From positions 25,234,001-25,298,000 of the forward strand of contig OZ320315.1 of NCBI GenBank assembly GCA_976226885.1: a DNA stretch of 64,000 nucleotides, given 5' to 3'. A program made the position numbers and the translations under genes. Under the pieces are notes generated by a model. It had not been told where the DNA came from and did no database searches. It saw nothing but the letters and a program-made list of their open reading frames with translations. The stretch is from Iphione sp. A-MEVVRFRX5. Taxonomy: Eukaryota. Shown here piece by piece: positions 60,827-64,000 of this stretch. The first letter of the stretch is position 1, and every line of letters begins with the position of its first letter.

Positions 60827-62109
60827 TTAATGAATAATTTCTGGGCAAGAGACTTCCACTGAGATGTAAGTGACTGGACAGGGGGTAAAACTTGGAGACC
60901 CTGACTTTGTGGCCAGAGCATTGACTGATGATCGGAGGCGACCGCTTAATCTTACAGTCAGTGCCGGGGGCGGGGTCAGAGCTGTTTCAGGGAGATGCGA
61001 CTCAACCTCAGAAGTCTGGGGGCTTGGAAGTCCAGGGTAAATAAGGGGGTCATTCCCTTCAGGATCCTCTTTGGGATTCTTCCAAATAATTATCCTCTTT
61101 GTTCCTGGGGGAATGGTGAACTTTTCGAGTTGGACTACAGGATTCATGTCCTGTGCTTGATTGGCCTTACTAGGAGAGGGCGATTTACAAGTTCGTTCCA
61201 TAAAGTGAATTATACCCTCCTCTTTCTCGCTCTCAAGATCCTGAGTATCAGGAGAGGAAGAACCTGAGGAAGTTTGTTCCTCTGCCTGGGTGATTGAGGG
61301 AGATTCCTCCTCTCCCTGCCCTACCCTAGGCATGTCAAATCCGACGCCCAAGTCCTCAGCATCGAGTGGTCTATCCTCAGTCAAGAGCTTGTCGGGGGCA
61401 CCCACTTTGACAAATTCAGGGGAGGTCAACAAATCCTCCTCTTCCAGTGAAGTTGGAATTGCCAGAGAAGGATCCTCTTCTGGGATCGTGCGCATGGGAG
61501 TTTTCAGGAGAGGCAACAACCGGGTCCTTCTAGGAGGAAATGGGGCTGACTGAGCTGTGGAGTCCTGTGGATCTTGGACAAAACTGTACAGGGGTAATTC
61601 TTCATGGGTAAGATTCTCATTATTTATCTCTTTGTTGACCATAGGCCCCACAGTCCCCATTCGTTTCAGGCGGCTTGTAGTGACCGGCCTGGATAAATGA
61701 CGGTTTGTTTGAAGACACTTCAAATGAACTGTGGCGGGTGGAATTCGGTGATGGCATACGGGCTGTGATAAACTCGAGTGAGTTTCAGCTTAAGGGAGGG
61801 ATCCCTGAGCCGTGGCATGTAAAGCCAAACCACGTCTCCTCGTTTTAATTCAGGATTGTAGGCCTTGTCATCGAATTGGTCCTTCATGACGATGGAGTAT
61901 TTCTCTGCTGCCTCCTCAGAAGCCAAATGAGCCTGATGTTGTGTGTGTAGATGCTCACTAAACCTTTCCTGAACTGGCATTGGTTCATCCTCAGGGAGAG
62001 GGACAGAATTCATCACCGGGCGGCACGGCTCATAACCATTCAGAAGGAGGTAGGGGCTCTGACCAGTCCTAGTAGCCTTAGCTGACACCCATTGACGATA
62101 GACTTGCAC
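60827..62109 (-). pseudogene. Gypsy integrase C-terminal domain plus ~300-aa disordered acidic tail (frameshift near 61722)
   Basis: GPY/F-like region, then LKCLQTNRHLSRPVTTSRLK. Confidence 0.8.
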
Positions 62110-63443
62110 TCAACCCATAACAGAAAGTCGATTTCCATCTTACAAATTGCCCTTAAAGTTATTGAGACTCCTTCTCCTCCCTTCTTTCTCTTTTCACCCT
62201 ATATCTCTCTATTCTGACAACCTATAACTTTCGTGATCACATTCCCACAGTTTAAGCACTCATTTTACACAACCAGATATCCTACCTATAATAAAAAAGT
62301 TATTACGAGGCTAGAGGCATATCTACAGTAGAGCCAGTAGGCATGTGTGCCAGACTCGCAGGTCCGCTCTTGAGTCCCATACCCGTGCTACCACCCTCCT
62401 TGTCTGCTTATTTATGTATTTAATTTATTTACCTCTCTTCTTCCTCTGGGGTATACATGTATACCAAAGTATACACTAGCAGCATCCACACACCTATCCA
62501 TATGCACAGCATTCACACCCAACATATACACAACACATACCTGTCCACATTCACACACCCAGAATAAGTCTGTGCATTTATACACCCACATTTTCCTGCA
62601 TTAAACTTATACATGCAAACCAACCACGGCACGTTACCCCTCCTTGTCATGACACTCTCCCCTGGTGGACCAGTGGCAGGTCCGCAATGGTGTAATGGGA
62701 CGGGTATGCCCAGATCAGACGAACATGCAATATTAAAGACACTCAGCCCCCCCACCCTTTTTCCCTTCTTTTCACTCCCTCTTTCCTTTTCACTCCCTCT
62801 TTTCTTTTCACTCCCTCTTTCTCACCCTTTCTTTTAGAAGAATCATGACAATAAAATAAAAATATTATCAAGAAAATACTCCAGACCCTTTTTGTAATAC
62901 TCTTTACAGGACACTCCTGCTACTTCAGTTTTGTAAAAATATAGAGTGTCCATTAAAATAATACCTTGGCCTGGGCCCCACAAGAAATTGGCCTTTAGTC
63001 CACAAAGCATCGCAACCTATCACAAGTACATTCCTGACTTACATCGGCCAACCATCCTACACGTTCGCCCCAATGTCCCAGCCCTTCACCCATACCTCTT
63101 ATAAGACATCCTTAATGGACTAGGTTTACCACGCCATACCACCCTCTTTGCCATGGTACTTTCCCTGGTAGACCAGTGGTGGGTCTGGGGTGGTGTAGGG
63201 GTGGGACATCACAAGGTGACAAGGTCAACCGACCTTAGAGTAGATACTACACAAACACGCTAAACTCATACTATTAGGTCGATTCTTTAATTCGAGCCGA
63301 CTACACTACTGTGTTTCAACCAGGCCCCCGCTTCTTGATAAAGTATAACAAACAGTACAATTTTGTTTACTATAGCATCTTTTAATCTGGTCTACATATA
63401 TCTGGGCATAATAGAACCCCTTATCCCCTCGAGACACCTTAAT

Positions 63444-63539
63444 CCTCCTACCACAATTTTTACTTTACCCCCTACCACAAATTTTACTTTACTCCCCACC
63501 TCAATTTTTACTTTACCTCCTACCACAAATTTTCCTTTT
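63444..63539. repeat. 24-bp tandem repeat x4
   Basis: cctcctaccacaatttttacttta variants at 63444, 63468, 63492 and 63516. Confidence 0.85.
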
Positions 63540-64000
63540 TCTTAAATTAAGCATCTAAGGTCTCCCCACAAGACAATAAGTCTTCCTACAAGGAAGTCCA
63601 CGTACCTTCCCCTCTACATCGAACTTACGACCATAACATCTCATACAAAGCAACACAACACCCTGATAGGGTTCATAATCTGCCTGTATGGGGCTCCTCT
63701 CAGTCCTTGTCTGTCACCCTCTCCCTTCAAGGTAATACACGAGAAGGGAAATTACGATACTAAAATTACCACCATCACCCTCTCCTCCCTTTTCTCACTT
63801 CCACGCTCAGTCTAAGAAAACTACAACAAGAGAGAATAATTCCACTCATTACACATCCCTCGCACAAAATCAGATTTAACATACCAGCAGGATAGATATC
63901 TGTCTAAATACACCAAGGTGTCCGTCGGCCTCTCCAAACGAGGTTTCACAATTAACTAAAACACTCACAAAACCACACCATCCCCCTCCCCCTTCTATAA

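Larger units (their letters stand above)
55600..62300 (-). mobile_element. Gypsy remnant: gag knuckle trace, integrase C-terminus, long acidic tail and accessory ORF cassette (boundaries approximate)
   Basis: TGQSPYLLLNG, KRGDVVWLY and YHSPY (GPY/F-like) in 61720-62109; degenerate CLNCGN..H at 62258; no RT in between. Confidence 0.75.

Overview
Eukaryotic (metazoan, most likely invertebrate) genomic DNA that is almost entirely nested retroelements, with one intact-looking host gene: a two-exon GNAT acetyltransferase on the minus strand at 19155-20473. From left to right: (1) a decayed Ty3/Gypsy element with an env-like class I fusion gene (about 1.4-13.4 kb, +), whose env is split by (2) a Ngaro-type tyrosine-recombinase retrotransposon with split direct repeats (7544-11919, -); (3) LINE fragments and MITEs; (4) a young, full-length 12.1-kb Gypsy element (24060-36187, -) with about 99% identical LTRs, CTAC target-site duplication, tRNA-Leu PBS and PPT; (5) a CR1/L2-like LINE with an upstream SGNH esterase ORF (about 37.8-42.0 kb); (6) a second such LINE whose ORF1 is fused in frame to a NADAR (YbiA-like) domain (about 48.0-54.1 kb); and (7) a pol-deleted Gypsy remnant carrying three paralogous accessory ORFs (about 55.6-62.3 kb, -). 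The strongest candidate for an undescribed system is element (4). Behind pol it carries a sense two-finger C2H2 gene with an acidic/Pro-rich tail and a divergently transcribed, spliced antisense gene ending in a SUMO-interacting-type motif. A 14-bp palindrome, CTGYGG-NN-CCRCAG, occurs 13 times in each LTR U3 and 12 times in the region between those two genes, which resembles the transactivator circuit of a complex retrovirus. All domain calls come from reading motifs by eye. No database search was run, so novelty is unverified.
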